A stretch of 64,000 nt of DNA. Origin: Planctomycetota bacterium (lineage in GTDB: Bacteria; Planctomycetota; UBA8108; SXIK01). The stretch is taken from contig CBDCXR010000004.1 in assembly GCA_965223845.1 (NCBI GenBank), positions 32,001 to 96,000 on the forward strand. The letters run 5' to 3'. Positions 30,348 through 40,985 of the stretch are shown in pieces. Every line of letters begins with the position of its first letter. Position 1 is the stretch's first letter. The notes beneath the pieces are model-generated. The model did not search any database and was not told the origin of the DNA. It saw only the letters and a program-made list of their open reading frames with translations. The translations under genes were made by a program, and so were the position numbers.

Positions 30348-33300
30348 GACTCTTCTCCCGCCGAAGTCCTCCGAGTTTGAGCAGTGCCGAAGCGCAGGAA
30401 GAGCGCGGGCACGACGACCATGTTGAGGAAGGTCGCGCTCACGAGTCCGCAGAGGATCACGGCGGCCATCGGTGTTTGAATCTCGTTTCCGGGCTTGTTC
30501 GCTGCGATCACGATGGGCACGAGCGCGAGCGCCGTCCCGATCGCCGTCATGAGAATGGGAAGCAGTCGCTCGACCGATCCGCGATACACGGCTTCCCGGA
30601 AGTCGTCGACTCCTTCCTGTCGCTGGAGATGGCGAACGTGCGAGACGAGCATGATGCCGTTTCGCGTCGCGATCCCGAAGACCGTGATGAACCCGATCAT
30701 CGATGCGACGGAGAGCGTTCCACCACTCAGGAAGACTCCCCCGACCGCGCCGATGAGGGCGAGCGGGAGATTTGTCATCACGAAGAGCGCATCTCGCACC
30801 GACGCGAACGCGAGGTGGAGCAAGAACCCGATCGCGATGACGACGAGTCCTCCGAGTACGAGGAGAATCGCGCCGGCTTCCTCCGCGCTTTCGAACTGCC
30901 CGCTGTACTCGACGCGGTAAGACGGGTAGCTGCGGATGATCGGCTCGACGCGCGCTCGGATCCCGGCGACCACCGAGGTGATGTCGCGACCGGCGATGTT
31001 CGCTTGGACGACGATCTTGCGCTCGACGTTCTCCCGACTGACGGCGTTCGGACCCTTGTCCCTCTGAATCGACGCCACGGTGGCGAGCGGAACTCGCACG
31101 CCGGAGGAGGTGTCGATGAGCAGTCGACCGAGGTTCTCGATCGACCATTCCTCGCGTGCGCGAAGTTTGACGACGACCGCAAAGGACGCTCGCCCCTCGA
31201 GAACCTGCGTCACGGTGAGACCTTGGACGGCAGCCTCGAGCGCCGCGGAGACATCCTGAACGGTGACGCCGTAGCGCGCGAGCGCCTCTCGATCGTAGTC
31301 GATCGAGAGCACTGGGACGTCGCTCTGCTGCTCGAGCGCGAGATCGACGACCCCTTCGATCGATTCCATTTCGACGCGAATGCGCTCGCCGACGCGCCTC
31401 AGTTCGTAGAGGTCCGGGCCGAAGATCTTCACCGCGAGGTTCGCTCTCGTTCCGGAGAGCATGTGGTCGATACGGTGCGAGATCGGCTGGCCGATTTCGA
31501 TGTTCGTCCCCGGAATCTGTGCGAGATCGCTTCGCAGCGCGGCGAGAAACTCGGTTTTCGATCGCTCCCCGAGGGTAAACGGGACGTCGATCTCCGCACC
31601 GTTCGTCCCTTGGGCGTGCTCGTCGAGCTCCGCACGACCGGTCCGCCGGGTCGTCGTCGTTACTTCTGGTTGCGCGAGGATTCTCTTCTCGACCCAGCGC
31701 CCGAGCGCGTCCGACTCGCGGAGACTGATTCCGGGAAGAGTCGTCGCGTTGATCGTGAGCGCGCCTTCGTTGAAGTCCGGAAGGAACGTTCGGCCGAAGA
31801 GAGCGAGTTGCACTGCCGCAGCGAGGAAGAGCGCGAGAGCGGGACCGGTGACGAGAAGGGGATGGCGGAGAATCCATCGGAGACACACGCCGTAGGTGTT
31901 CTTGAGCGTGCGCGCCAGCCGGGGCTCGCGCGGGTCGCGGACGCTTCGGCTGGATGGAAGAAGGATCAAGCAGAGCGCGGGCGTGACGGTGAGCGCCACG
32001 ACGAGCGAGGCTGAGATCGACACCACGTAGGCGATCCCGAGCGGTTCGAGCAAGCGACTCTCGACGCCGGGGAGGAAGAAGACCGGCACGAACACGACGA
32101 TGACGATGAACGTCGCGAACGTGATGGAGCTTCGGATTTCTTTGCTCGCGAGAAAAACGACGGTGAGGGCGCTGCGTCGCTCCGGCGGCGGCCGAGCCGA
32201 ATTCTCACGCAGGCGGCGGATGACGTTTTCGACGTCGATCACGGCGTCGTCGACCAAGGCTCCGATCGCGATCGCCATCCCGCCGAGCGTCATCGTGTTG
32301 ATCGTCGCGCCGAAGGCCTCGAGCACGATGACCGCCGCGACGAGAGACAGCGGAATCGCAGTGAGAGTGATCGCCGTCGCGCGGAGATTCGCGAGGAAGA
32401 GAAGCATGATCACGACGACGAGGATTCCACCGTCGCGAAGGGCGTGGGTCACGTTTTTGACTGCGCGCGCGATGAAATCGCTTTGGCGAAAGATGTTGCG
32501 CTCGAGAACGATTCCGTCGAGACGCGTCTCGATGCCATCGAGGACTCGATCGATCTCTCTCGTCACCTCGAGAGTGTTCGCCTGTGGCTGCTTCATCACG
32601 GTGAGAACGACGGCGGATTCGCCGCGAATCGAGCCCACGCCGCGCTTCGGAGCGGAACCGATGACGACTCGACCTAGATCCCGGACTCGTATGGGGACGC
32701 TACCGGCCTCCCGAATCACCACGCTGCCGATGTCGTCCACCGTGCGAAAGCGACCTCGACCAGACACGATGTACTCCGAGCCGGCGGTGTTCAAAAACCC
32801 GGCCGACACGTTGCGATTGTCGCTCTGGAGCGCTGCACGAACGGCGTCGAGCGAGACGTCGTAGCTCGTGAGCTTCGCCGTCTCGAGCACGACTTGGTAC
32901 TGCTTCAGATCGCCACCGATCACGGCGACTTGGGCGACGCCGGGAACGGAGAGCAGTCGGCGCCGGAGCTGCGTCTCTGCGTAGGTGCGCAGTTCTTCCG
33001 CCCGCTCGGAACTCGCCTCCCCGTCTTCTGCCCGGAGGCCGAGGAGCAAGATCTCTCCCATGATCGACGTCACGGGGGCGAGCACGGGGTGGACGCCTTC
33101 GGGAAGCTGCTCCGCGGCGAGGGCGAGGCGTTCACTCACGATGATCCGTGCGTCCCTTTGATTCTCATCCCATTCGAATTCGGCCCAGACGATCGACAGG
33201 CCCGGTACGGTCGAGGAGCGAACGCGGCGCACGCCGGACGCGCCGTTGAGGGCGGTTTCGATGGGGAACGTGACCTGCTGCTCGAGGTCGAGTGGCGCCA

Positions 33301-33466
33301 TCCCGTGCGCTTCGGTGAGGACGGTCACGGTGGGCGCAGTCAGATCGGGAAACACGTCGACGGGAAGTCGAAACGCGGTGCGGGCACCGATGGCACAGGC
33401 GACCACAGCGGCGGAAACAACGATCGCGCGGTGACGGAGAGACCAGCGAATGAGGTGATCGATCAT
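30344..33466 (-). CDS. CusA/CzcA family heavy-metal RND permease
   Basis: LPVDVFPDLTAP, GMAIAIGALVDDAVIDVEN, ERLLPILMTA; 1040 aa. Confidence 0.95.
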   Translation of the reverse strand: MIDHLIRWSLRHRAIVVSAAVVACAIGARTAFRLPVDVFPDLTAPTVTVLTEAHGMAPLDLEQQVTFPIETALNGASGVRRVRSSTVPGLSIVWAEFEWDENQRDARIIVSERLALAAEQLPEGVHPVLAPVTSIMGEILLLGLRAEDGEASSERAEELRTYAETQLRRRLLSVPGVAQVAVIGGDLKQYQVVLETAKLTSYDVSLDAVRAALQSDNRNVSAGFLNTAGSEYIVSGRGRFRTVDDIGSVVIREAGSVPIRVRDLGRVVIGSAPKRGVGSIRGESAVVLTVMKQPQANTLEVTREIDRVLDGIETRLDGIVLERNIFRQSDFIARAVKNVTHALRDGGILVVVIMLLFLANLRATAITLTAIPLSLVAAVIVLEAFGATINTMTLGGMAIAIGALVDDAVIDVENVIRRLRENSARPPPERRSALTVVFLASKEIRSSITFATFIVIVVFVPVFFLPGVESRLLEPLGIAYVVSISASLVVALTVTPALCLILLPSSRSVRDPREPRLARTLKNTYGVCLRWILRHPLLVTGPALALFLAAAVQLALFGRTFLPDFNEGALTINATTLPGISLRESDALGRWVEKRILAQPEVTTTTRRTGRAELDEHAQGTNGAEIDVPFTLGERSKTEFLAALRSDLAQIPGTNIEIGQPISHRIDHMLSGTRANLAVKIFGPDLYELRRVGERIRVEMESIEGVVDLALEQQSDVPVLSIDYDREALARYGVTVQDVSAALEAAVQGLTVTQVLEGRASFAVVVKLRAREEWSIENLGRLLIDTSSGVRVPLATVASIQRDKGPNAVSRENVERKIVVQANIAGRDITSVVAGIRARVEPIIRSYPSYRVEYSGQFESAEEAGAILLVLGGLVVIAIGFLLHLAFASVRDALFVMTNLPLALIGAVGGVFLSGGTLSVASMIGFITVFGIATRNGIMLVSHVRHLQRQEGVDDFREAVYRGSVERLLPILMTAIGTALALVPIVIAANKPGNEIQTPMAAVILCGLVSATFLNMVVVPALFLRFGTAQTRRTSAGEES

Positions 33467-33480
33467 CGTCGCGGCCGCAC

Positions 33481-35115
33481 TCAGTGAGAGTGCCCGTGCG
33501 AGGGAACGCTGGTCGCGAGGGACGCGAGCCGGATCGTCCAGGCGTCGGTGCTCGCCACGCGCTCCCCTTCTGCGACTCCGCGCTTCACCTCGACGTATCC
33601 GCCGTCGCGGCGACCGAGCACGACGGGACGACGCTCGAAGGTCTCGCCCGCGAGCTGTACGAACGCGACGTAACGGCCGTCCTCTTCGACGAGCGCCGAC
33701 TCCGGAATCGCGATGGCCTCGGCGGGTTCGTCGATCTCGATGGCGACCTCCACCGCGAGTCCGATGCGAAGGAATCCCTCGCCGTTCTCGACCTCGTAGA
33801 CGAGGGGGACCGTGCGCGTCGAGGCGTCGACCTCGAGTCCCGCGTACACGAGCGAAAGCGGAGCTCGTTTCCCGGATGGGAGCTCGATGCTCGCCCTCGG
33901 CGCGACGCCGAGCTCGGTGATCGAGCTCTCGGGGACGCGTGCCTCGACCTGAACTCGCGACCCGTCGAGGACGGCGAAAATCGAGCTCGCCGGGCCGACG
34001 TGTTCTCCGGGCGAGCGGTGGACCTCGACGACGGTACCGGAAATCGGCGCTGCGATCGGGACCGGGGCGAAATTCGCGTCGCCCGCCTTCTCGTCGCTCG
34101 CGCGGTAGGTTTCGACGAAGCGTCGCGCGCTTTCGTACGCGCCTCGGATGCTCTTCGCCGCGTCACGGGCCCGCTCGGCGGCCTCGACCGCGAACTGCGC
34201 CTGCTCGTGCTCCCGCGGAGACGACGCACCGGTCTTCGCGAGCTCGGCAACGCGCGCCAAGGTCTTCTTGGCGAGCTCGAGTTTCGCTTGTGCTTGCTGC
34301 TCCGCTGCGTCGGCTTCGGCGATCTTCGTGGCGAGCTCCAGTACATCGGAGCTCGGGAGTGTCGGCTGGACGAGCGCGAGCGGCTCTCCCGCGGCGACCG
34401 AGCGACCGCGGGCGGGAAACGGCGTTTCGGCCGATGCGATGAGTCGCCCGGCGACCGGAGAGGAAAGCGTGACGCGTCGGCCAGGGATCGCACGCACACG
34501 GCCCGGATAGACACGACTGCTCCGAAGTTGTCGTTTCGCCGCGGACTCCGTTCGCATCGCGAGAGGCCACTGCTGCTCCTTGAGGAACGATACGCCCTCG
34601 ACCTCGTCGGGAGGCTCGGCGTTCCATGCGTCTTGTTCGTTCGTGTAGACGACGACGTCTGGAAGGCGAAGACGGACCTCGCCGCTCTCAGACGGGATTC
34701 GGAGTGACGCTTGCCACGAACCCGCCGACGGAAAACGGATCGACGGAAGATAGATCCCGTCTCGGACTACGTTTTCCGCCGTGTGCTCGAAGGACTCGCC
34801 GGACGAGCTCGTAAACTCGAAGGTCACGGCGCCCTCGCGGCGCGGCTCTCCCGTAGCGAGCTCCGAGACGTGCGTGATGAATTCGACGGGATTTTTCGCG
34901 ACGGGATACTCGTGCTCGATGAACGCTTCGTAGCCGTGCGACCAAATCGTGAACTGCGCGGCGTGCGGCTCGGCATGCGAGCCCGCTTCGTCCGCGGAAT
35001 GGGGGTGTGGATGTGGATGCGGATGCGAATGCGACGACGAATGGTCGCGAAGGTCGCAACCGGCTGAGCCGATCGCGATCGCTGCGAGAACGAGCGTCGC
35101 GGGGGATACGTTCAT
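33481..35115 (-). CDS. RND periplasmic adaptor (CzcB-like) with His-rich N-terminus
   Basis: SAGC lipobox, HSHPHPHPHPH, FLKEQQW, APISGTV, IPESAL, C-terminal HGHSH. Confidence 0.92.
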   Translation of the reverse strand: MNVSPATLVLAAIAIGSAGCDLRDHSSSHSHPHPHPHPHSADEAGSHAEPHAAQFTIWSHGYEAFIEHEYPVAKNPVEFITHVSELATGEPRREGAVTFEFTSSSGESFEHTAENVVRDGIYLPSIRFPSAGSWQASLRIPSESGEVRLRLPDVVVYTNEQDAWNAEPPDEVEGVSFLKEQQWPLAMRTESAAKRQLRSSRVYPGRVRAIPGRRVTLSSPVAGRLIASAETPFPARGRSVAAGEPLALVQPTLPSSDVLELATKIAEADAAEQQAQAKLELAKKTLARVAELAKTGASSPREHEQAQFAVEAAERARDAAKSIRGAYESARRFVETYRASDEKAGDANFAPVPIAAPISGTVVEVHRSPGEHVGPASSIFAVLDGSRVQVEARVPESSITELGVAPRASIELPSGKRAPLSLVYAGLEVDASTRTVPLVYEVENGEGFLRIGLAVEVAIEIDEPAEAIAIPESALVEEDGRYVAFVQLAGETFERRPVVLGRRDGGYVEVKRGVAEGERVASTDAWTIRLASLATSVPSHGHSH

Positions 35116-35387
35116 GATGGAGTCTCCGGGCGGTCGGCCCCAAGCGGGCGACGGAGGCGGAGTGGACGGCAGCGGGGACGTCGACCACGCCATCGATAGA
35201 AAGGCGTGCCGGTCGAAATCGGCCCGCGGACGACGCGGGAACGCTCTGGACGCTGTTTCGAGATCCCGGCTTCGTCGACCCGGGCTTGATGATCGACTCC
35301 GCGAGACCGGCTTTCGTCGTCCTCACTCGATGGGAGGATCGGACACGCTCGGCCCACGGCCCACGGAGCAAGACTCGAAACAGCGTC

Positions 35388-35882
35388 TTAGCGTGCGGGG
35401 GGACCGCGAGGCGCGGTGCCGGCGCGTACTCGCTGTCGATGTCGAGGTCCGGGCGGCGACGTGGAGACTCGCGCGCGCGCGTCCGGCGGCGAATCGGCCG
35501 TGACGCCGGAGATCGCGTCGCCCGGCGGAGCGGGCACTTTCTCGGTCGCCGAGATTCCGCTCAGGGCGGCGTGCCGTTCGCGGCAGGGTGCGCCGCCTCC
35601 GTGTCCGCAGTGATGGTGGTCACCGCAGAGCTGCTCCTCGTTTGGATCCGCAAGATGAGCACACGCATGACCGAGCGGCGCGCCGACCGGCTCGGCCGCG
35701 AGCTCGAACGCAGAGTGAGGAACCCACTCTCCGCCCATTCCGTGGTGGGGCTCGGCGATCAGGTGAAGCGGCGTCCAGATTCCGTAGAGCCAAGCGAACG
35801 CGACCGCGATGCCACGAGCGAGCAGGGCTCGAGGACGGGAGCGATCGGCTGGCGAGATCGGGCGGGGACGCGAACGAGTCAT
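35388..35882 (-). CDS. His/Cys-rich leader protein ending in RGPP (DUF2946-like)
   Basis: Hydrophobic N-segment ending PLH, HACAH..CGDHHHCGH..C, C-terminal APRGPPAR*; upstream of the metal efflux operon. Confidence 0.65.
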   Translation of the reverse strand: MTRSRPRPISPADRSRPRALLARGIAVAFAWLYGIWTPLHLIAEPHHGMGGEWVPHSAFELAAEPVGAPLGHACAHLADPNEEQLCGDHHHCGHGGGAPCRERHAALSGISATEKVPAPPGDAISGVTADSPPDARARVSTSPPGPRHRQRVRAGTAPRGPPAR

Positions 35883-36060
35883 ACGGATACTGTACCGCCA
35901 GCTCGCCCGATTCGGAACGAGGAACGCAGCCGCAACGTCCGGTAAGCCCCTAGAGGAGATGTGACGAGCTGAGCTCGTGCTCGCGCGAGAGTCCGCCGCA
36001 CGCGACCGTGGGTCGATTGAGTGGTGTCGAGACCGGCCTTCAACCTCGCATGGCCGGCGC

Positions 36061-37434
36061 TCAGAACAGCTCGTCGATGACTTCGCCGCGATCGATCGCC
36101 GGGCGGGGGCGTCCGGAGCGATCGAGAAAGTGGAGCGAAGGATCCACGCCGAGGACGCGGTAGATCGTCGCGTGGAGATCGCCGGGGGTGATCGGTCGCT
36201 CGACGGGACGTTCGCCTCGCGCATCCGTCGCGCCGACGATGCGCCCCCCCTGGACCCCGCCGCCGCCGAGGAGACAGAACATCGCGTTTCCCCAGTGATC
36301 GCGACCCGGTGTTCCGTTTCCGCTGCCGTTGTTCATCTTCGGCGTGCGCGAAAACTCTCCGCAGAGAACGACGAGCACCCTTTCGAGAAGCCCAGTGGCG
36401 GCAAGGTCCTCGAACAGAGCGGACACGGGGCGATCGACACGTGGCAGATGGCGGTTCATTCCCGCCTCGAGGTTCCAGTGGTGATCCCAGCCGCCGAAGT
36501 GGACCGTGACGAACGTCGAGCCGGCCTCCACGAGTCGCCGCGCGAGGAGGACGCTCTGCCCCCAAGTGTGGCGACCGTAACGATCGCGGACCCGCGAATC
36601 CTCCGTTTCGATGTCGAAGGCTCTCCGTGCGGCGGGGCCGCAGACGAGCTCGAACGCTTGCTGCTGAAAGCGGTCGAGAGTTTCGAACGCGCCGGAGGTT
36701 TCGACTTCGCGTTCGAGTCGGTCCAGTCGCGCACGGAGCTCTCGACGATCGGACAAGCGCTCGACGCTCCGCGCGCCGTTCGTCGCGAGGTTTTGAACCG
36801 TGAAACCTCTACGGTTCGGGTCGCCGCCCGTTTGAAACGGGTCGTGATGCACACCGAGATAGTTTCCGCCGAAGTACCCGGGGCGGATGCCGATGCTCGA
36901 CGCGACCGGAACTGAGACGTACGGCGGCATTCCGGCGCGCCGCGCACCGCAGACCTTCGTCGCGATCGAGCCGATGGACGGACTCTTTCCTGCCGTGTCG
37001 CCGCCGCTCGCGCCGCCTCTTCCCGTGAGAATGTGATGCCCGCCGGTGAAGTGATCGCCCGAGCCGTGGTGAAGGGAGCGAACGATCGAAAACTTGTCCG
37101 CGCACTTCGCCTGAAGCGGGAACAGCTCGGAGATTTCGATCCCGGAAACGTTGGTCGGAATCGGTCGCCAGATCCCGCGATACTCGCGCGGGGCGTCCGG
37201 CTTCATGTCGTAGAGATCGAGATGGCTCGGGCCGCCGTCGAGCCAGAGGAGGATCACCGAAGTGTCCTTCCTCTCGCCGGGTGAGGCGGTCCGGAGTCGC
37301 GACTCTTCGCGTGCGCGAAGGATGTCGGCGAGACCGACGCTGGCCATTCCGGCCACGCCGATCTGTACGAAGCTGCGGCGGCTGAAACCGTCGCAATACG
37401 TGCCGGTTGCGGTTCCCGCGTCGACTCGAAACAT
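36061..37434 (-). CDS. DUF1501 family protein
   Basis: SRRSF twin-Arg, LWLDGGPSHLDLYDMKP, LARRLVEAG, GEFSRTP, GRDHW. Confidence 0.95.
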   Translation of the reverse strand: MFRVDAGTATGTYCDGFSRRSFVQIGVAGMASVGLADILRAREESRLRTASPGERKDTSVILLWLDGGPSHLDLYDMKPDAPREYRGIWRPIPTNVSGIEISELFPLQAKCADKFSIVRSLHHGSGDHFTGGHHILTGRGGASGGDTAGKSPSIGSIATKVCGARRAGMPPYVSVPVASSIGIRPGYFGGNYLGVHHDPFQTGGDPNRRGFTVQNLATNGARSVERLSDRRELRARLDRLEREVETSGAFETLDRFQQQAFELVCGPAARRAFDIETEDSRVRDRYGRHTWGQSVLLARRLVEAGSTFVTVHFGGWDHHWNLEAGMNRHLPRVDRPVSALFEDLAATGLLERVLVVLCGEFSRTPKMNNGSGNGTPGRDHWGNAMFCLLGGGGVQGGRIVGATDARGERPVERPITPGDLHATIYRVLGVDPSLHFLDRSGRPRPAIDRGEVIDELF

Positions 37435-37587
37435 GGCAGAGTCTCCGGACGAACTCGGGCAGTCGCTCCGATCTCGGAGTCCAGCTTGTGCGCCGGAATT
37501 GTACGTAGCCGCCCGCCCGGCCGGCAACGAGTGTTTTCTCGCGGGGCGGCGGTTCCGCGAACCCGCCGCGATGACGGCGGGTGGATT

Positions 37588-39057
37588 TCAGCGATCGCCG
37601 CTGCGTTCGTCGCCGTCTGCCGATCGGCCGTAGAGCCGCACTTCGTCGAAGTCCCCGGTGTCGTCGAAGCTACCCACTCCGACGCGCCCGGCCAGAAACG
37701 TCTTGTCGACGGCCGACATCACGGGGCGCGACATGTCGTCGAAGTAGACATCGATCCGGCCATCGCTCACGGAGCGATGAATCCGAACGCGATGCCACGC
37801 GTCATCCCAGTCGATTCCCATCGTCCGTTCGCGCGCGATCGTCTTCCGCGGCTTGTCGTTCACGAGAAAGATCGAATTCGCGTGATCGTCGCCGCGCTTC
37901 CCGAGATGAACGTAGTAGAACTTCGAGGGCCCCTGATAGCCGAAGAACAGACAGAGATCCCGATGCGGGTAGTCGGGAATCGTCGATCGAATCGTGACGT
38001 CGAGGGCGAAATCCCCGACCGCGACATCCTTAAGCAGGGCGATGTGAAACGGCGATCGCACCTTCGGCCGGTACGAGTTCTTCTTCTCGAAGAGGCGGAG
38101 GAATCGTCGGTTCTTCGATCCGTCGAGCCGCCAGGAAGTCTCGTCCGTAAACTCCCAGCGCGCGTGTCCCGACTCAAAGTCGTCGATCGCGACGAGAGGG
38201 AGCGGTCCAGCGCGGAGGTACCGGTCGAAGAACGCGTACGTCTCCGCCTCGGTCTTCGCGCGGCGTTCGCCACCCCAGCCGTGGTCGGCTCCCTCGATGA
38301 GCTCGAGTCGATGAGGCACGCCGATGCGGTCGAGCTCGCGGTGGAACATCGTCGCCTGCTCGACGGGGACGATGCGATCTTTCGTACCGTGAAACGTGAG
38401 CACTGGTGCGTCGCCGCGAGAGAGATGGGTCACCGGCGAGAAGTCCCAGTACGTGGATTTCTTCTCCGCGTAGGATCCACCGGCCAGAAACTCGATCAGT
38501 CGGCGCGATCCCTCGGGCCATCCTTCGGGGCCGCGCATGTCGGTCGGGCCGAAGACGTTGACGACGGCCTGAACGGTCGATCGCGGACGCTCTTCGCGAT
38601 CGGAGAGAACGCCGAGCATGAGAGAGAGGTGGCCTCCGGCGGATGCTCCCGTGACGCCGATCCGCGCGGGGTCTCCTCCGAATTCGCTCGCGTGCGAGCG
38701 CACCCACTCGATCGCCGAGCGGACGTCCTCGAGCTGCGCCGGCCACTGCGCGATCTCCGAGAGACGGTACGTCACCGTCGCGGCGACGTACCCGCGTCGC
38801 GCGAGTTTCCTGACGACTTCTCCGTAATGCTGGCGCTCACCCATTCTCCAACCCCCGCCGTGAATGCAAACGACGATCGGCCGCGGGAGGTCTCCGATTT
38901 TCGGATGCGCGATATCGAGTTGCAGCTCGAGGTCACCGCGTTTCGCGTAGGTGAGATTCGGCCGTTCGACGATCGCGTTCGTCGCGTCGCCCGCGACCGC
39001 GGACGCGGCGATCAAGAGAACGCCCGGGAGCGAGTAAGCGGGGGAACGGCGGCGCAT
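37588..39057 (-). CDS. Alpha/beta hydrolase (BD-FAE-like) fused to a DUF1080-like beta-sandwich
   Basis: HGGGW, GASAGGH, HGTKD, GADHG; C-terminal WHRVRI...GRVGVGSFDD. Confidence 0.88.
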   Translation of the reverse strand: MRRRSPAYSLPGVLLIAASAVAGDATNAIVERPNLTYAKRGDLELQLDIAHPKIGDLPRPIVVCIHGGGWRMGERQHYGEVVRKLARRGYVAATVTYRLSEIAQWPAQLEDVRSAIEWVRSHASEFGGDPARIGVTGASAGGHLSLMLGVLSDREERPRSTVQAVVNVFGPTDMRGPEGWPEGSRRLIEFLAGGSYAEKKSTYWDFSPVTHLSRGDAPVLTFHGTKDRIVPVEQATMFHRELDRIGVPHRLELIEGADHGWGGERRAKTEAETYAFFDRYLRAGPLPLVAIDDFESGHARWEFTDETSWRLDGSKNRRFLRLFEKKNSYRPKVRSPFHIALLKDVAVGDFALDVTIRSTIPDYPHRDLCLFFGYQGPSKFYYVHLGKRGDDHANSIFLVNDKPRKTIARERTMGIDWDDAWHRVRIHRSVSDGRIDVYFDDMSRPVMSAVDKTFLAGRVGVGSFDDTGDFDEVRLYGRSADGDERSGDR

Positions 39058-39254
39058 CGTGTCTCTCCGTGGTGGATTCGGCGTCATGGGTGGGGATCTC
39101 GCTGAATGATAGCCAAACTCGAGCGAAGATCCTCGCGAGGAAACGTCGCGGGTGAGGATCTTCGCTCTCGGAATCGGGTAGGATGGAGCCTGCACCGTCG
39201 TCCGTGGGGGCGTCGGGCACTCGACAAAGCGTTCCCGAGGGACCTCCGAGCGGA

Positions 39255-40985
39255 ATGAGAGCGTCTACCTTCGTCTCCACCGGACTCCTACTCGGCGCCG
39301 GATTCGCCGCCGGGTTCGTCGTCCGCGACATCGTCTCACGTCCTGCGGTTGTCGACGAACCCTCGTCGCCGCAAGTGAAGATCGACGAAGCGCAGCTTCA
39401 GGCGGGGGCTGAGGTCGCGCGTGCGCTCGTGGCGTCCCTCCGGGGGGACGCGTCCGAGGAGGACGGGTCGGGCGATTCTTACCACCGCCGCGAACGCACG
39501 CGCGCGGAGGCGTTCGCCGCGCTACAGGGCGCGCTCGCCGATGGCGATGAGCGCCGTGTGCGCGAGGCTCTCCACGATCTCTCGCGCGGCGGCGGCGAGC
39601 GACTCTCGAGCGAAGAGCTGGCGGCGCTCGGCGGACTCCTTCGCGAATTCGACTCGCATCACCTGCGGGATCTTTCTCGGGCGATCGTGATGAGCGGCGG
39701 TGAGGAAGGCGTCGACATCGTGATGGCGTTCGCGCACGACGCCGGACTCTCTCTCGAGGCACGCATGCACGCTCTCGAGGGACTCATGCACGTACCGCCC
39801 GAACACGCGGGGAATCTTCTTCCGGCGCTCTCGGACTTTCTCGAGAGCGGAGCGCCGCCGCGCCTCGAGCACACCGCAGCGCGCGCGATCGGCGAGCTCG
39901 CCGGCGACCGCGCGTCGAGCGTCCTTCTCGGGCTCCTCTCCGAGCGCCCGGGCGTGCGCCCGGAGGTCGTGTTCGACGCTCTGGGTGATGTCGGAGGAAT
40001 CGGCGACGCGGAGACGCTCGCCGGCATGCTCGGGGGGGAGTGGAGTCGGCGGGAGAAGTCATCGCTTCTCCACGCCGTCGGTCAGATCGCAGCCCGAAGC
40101 GAGAACGCGGAGGTCCTCCTCGATATGATGCGCGAGCCTCCCGGCGGAGTTTCACGGTCGATGGTTGCCGAAGCGATCGAGCGTTCCGCTCATCACCTCG
40201 ATGCCGAGTTTCTGAAGGAGGCATTGCTCGAGGCGTCGGCGGACGGTCGCGCGCAGCAGAGGATCGCTCGTGCGCTCATGGAAAATGCCGGCAACGTCGG
40301 ACTCGAGATCCTGCTCGAGGTCTCGGGCCGCGCGGACTACGAGCTCGACGGTCGCGCTCTCGCCCGCGCGCTCGGCGATGGGGCCGGCGGCGAGGCGGTG
40401 CCCGTGATGATGGACCTGCTGCGAAAGGGAGGCGACGCGGGCACGCTCGAGTCGCTCGCACGCGGCGTGTTTCGACGCGGCGGGCGAGAGAGCGTCGAGA
40501 GCCTCGTCCGGCTCCTCGAGGGAGGGACTGCGGCGCAGCGTCGCGCGGTCGCGCACGGCCTAGGTGAAGCGGACGCGTCGGCTCTCGGAATGGATCGCCT
40601 CGTCGAGGCTCTCCGAACGGAGGGCGATCGCGATGTGCGCTCTGGGCTTGCGCGGTCGATCAGCCGCCTCTACGGGGGAGCGGGATTCGACGAGGTCGCG
40701 GGAGTCCTGCGTTCTCCCGACCTCGATCGCGAGCACCGTCACGCGATGATGTGGGGGCTCGAGGAAGCCCTTCGTCGCGACGTTCCGGCGGCGCGCGAGC
40801 TCTTCGTCGATCTCGCGGCAAACAATGCCGCGCCGGACATTCGGCGACACGCCGTCGAAATCATCGCACACGCGCACGACGCGACTTTCGTACCCCAGCT
40901 CGAACGCCTGCTGGAGCGGGAATCACATCCTCACGTGCGCGAACAAATCGTCGAAGCGATTCGACGGCTCAGGGACGACGAGTAG
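39255..40985 (+). CDS. HEAT-repeat protein with N-terminal membrane anchor
   Basis: N-terminal TM; repeated helical units (e.g. LVEALRTEGDRDVRSGLARSI). Confidence 0.8.
   Translation: MRASTFVSTGLLLGAGFAAGFVVRDIVSRPAVVDEPSSPQVKIDEAQLQAGAEVARALVASLRGDASEEDGSGDSYHRRERTRAEAFAALQGALADGDERRVREALHDLSRGGGERLSSEELAALGGLLREFDSHHLRDLSRAIVMSGGEEGVDIVMAFAHDAGLSLEARMHALEGLMHVPPEHAGNLLPALSDFLESGAPPRLEHTAARAIGELAGDRASSVLLGLLSERPGVRPEVVFDALGDVGGIGDAETLAGMLGGEWSRREKSSLLHAVGQIAARSENAEVLLDMMREPPGGVSRSMVAEAIERSAHHLDAEFLKEALLEASADGRAQQRIARALMENAGNVGLEILLEVSGRADYELDGRALARALGDGAGGEAVPVMMDLLRKGGDAGTLESLARGVFRRGGRESVESLVRLLEGGTAAQRRAVAHGLGEADASALGMDRLVEALRTEGDRDVRSGLARSISRLYGGAGFDEVAGVLRSPDLDREHRHAMMWGLEEALRRDVPAARELFVDLAANNAAPDIRRHAVEIIAHAHDATFVPQLERLLERESHPHVREQIVEAIRRLRDDE

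Noticed and set aside
30348-31886. 998-aa ORF implying a giant TolC fusion
   Set aside because: Upstream part is an alternative frame inside the CusA gene; real start is 30347 with a lipoprotein signal.
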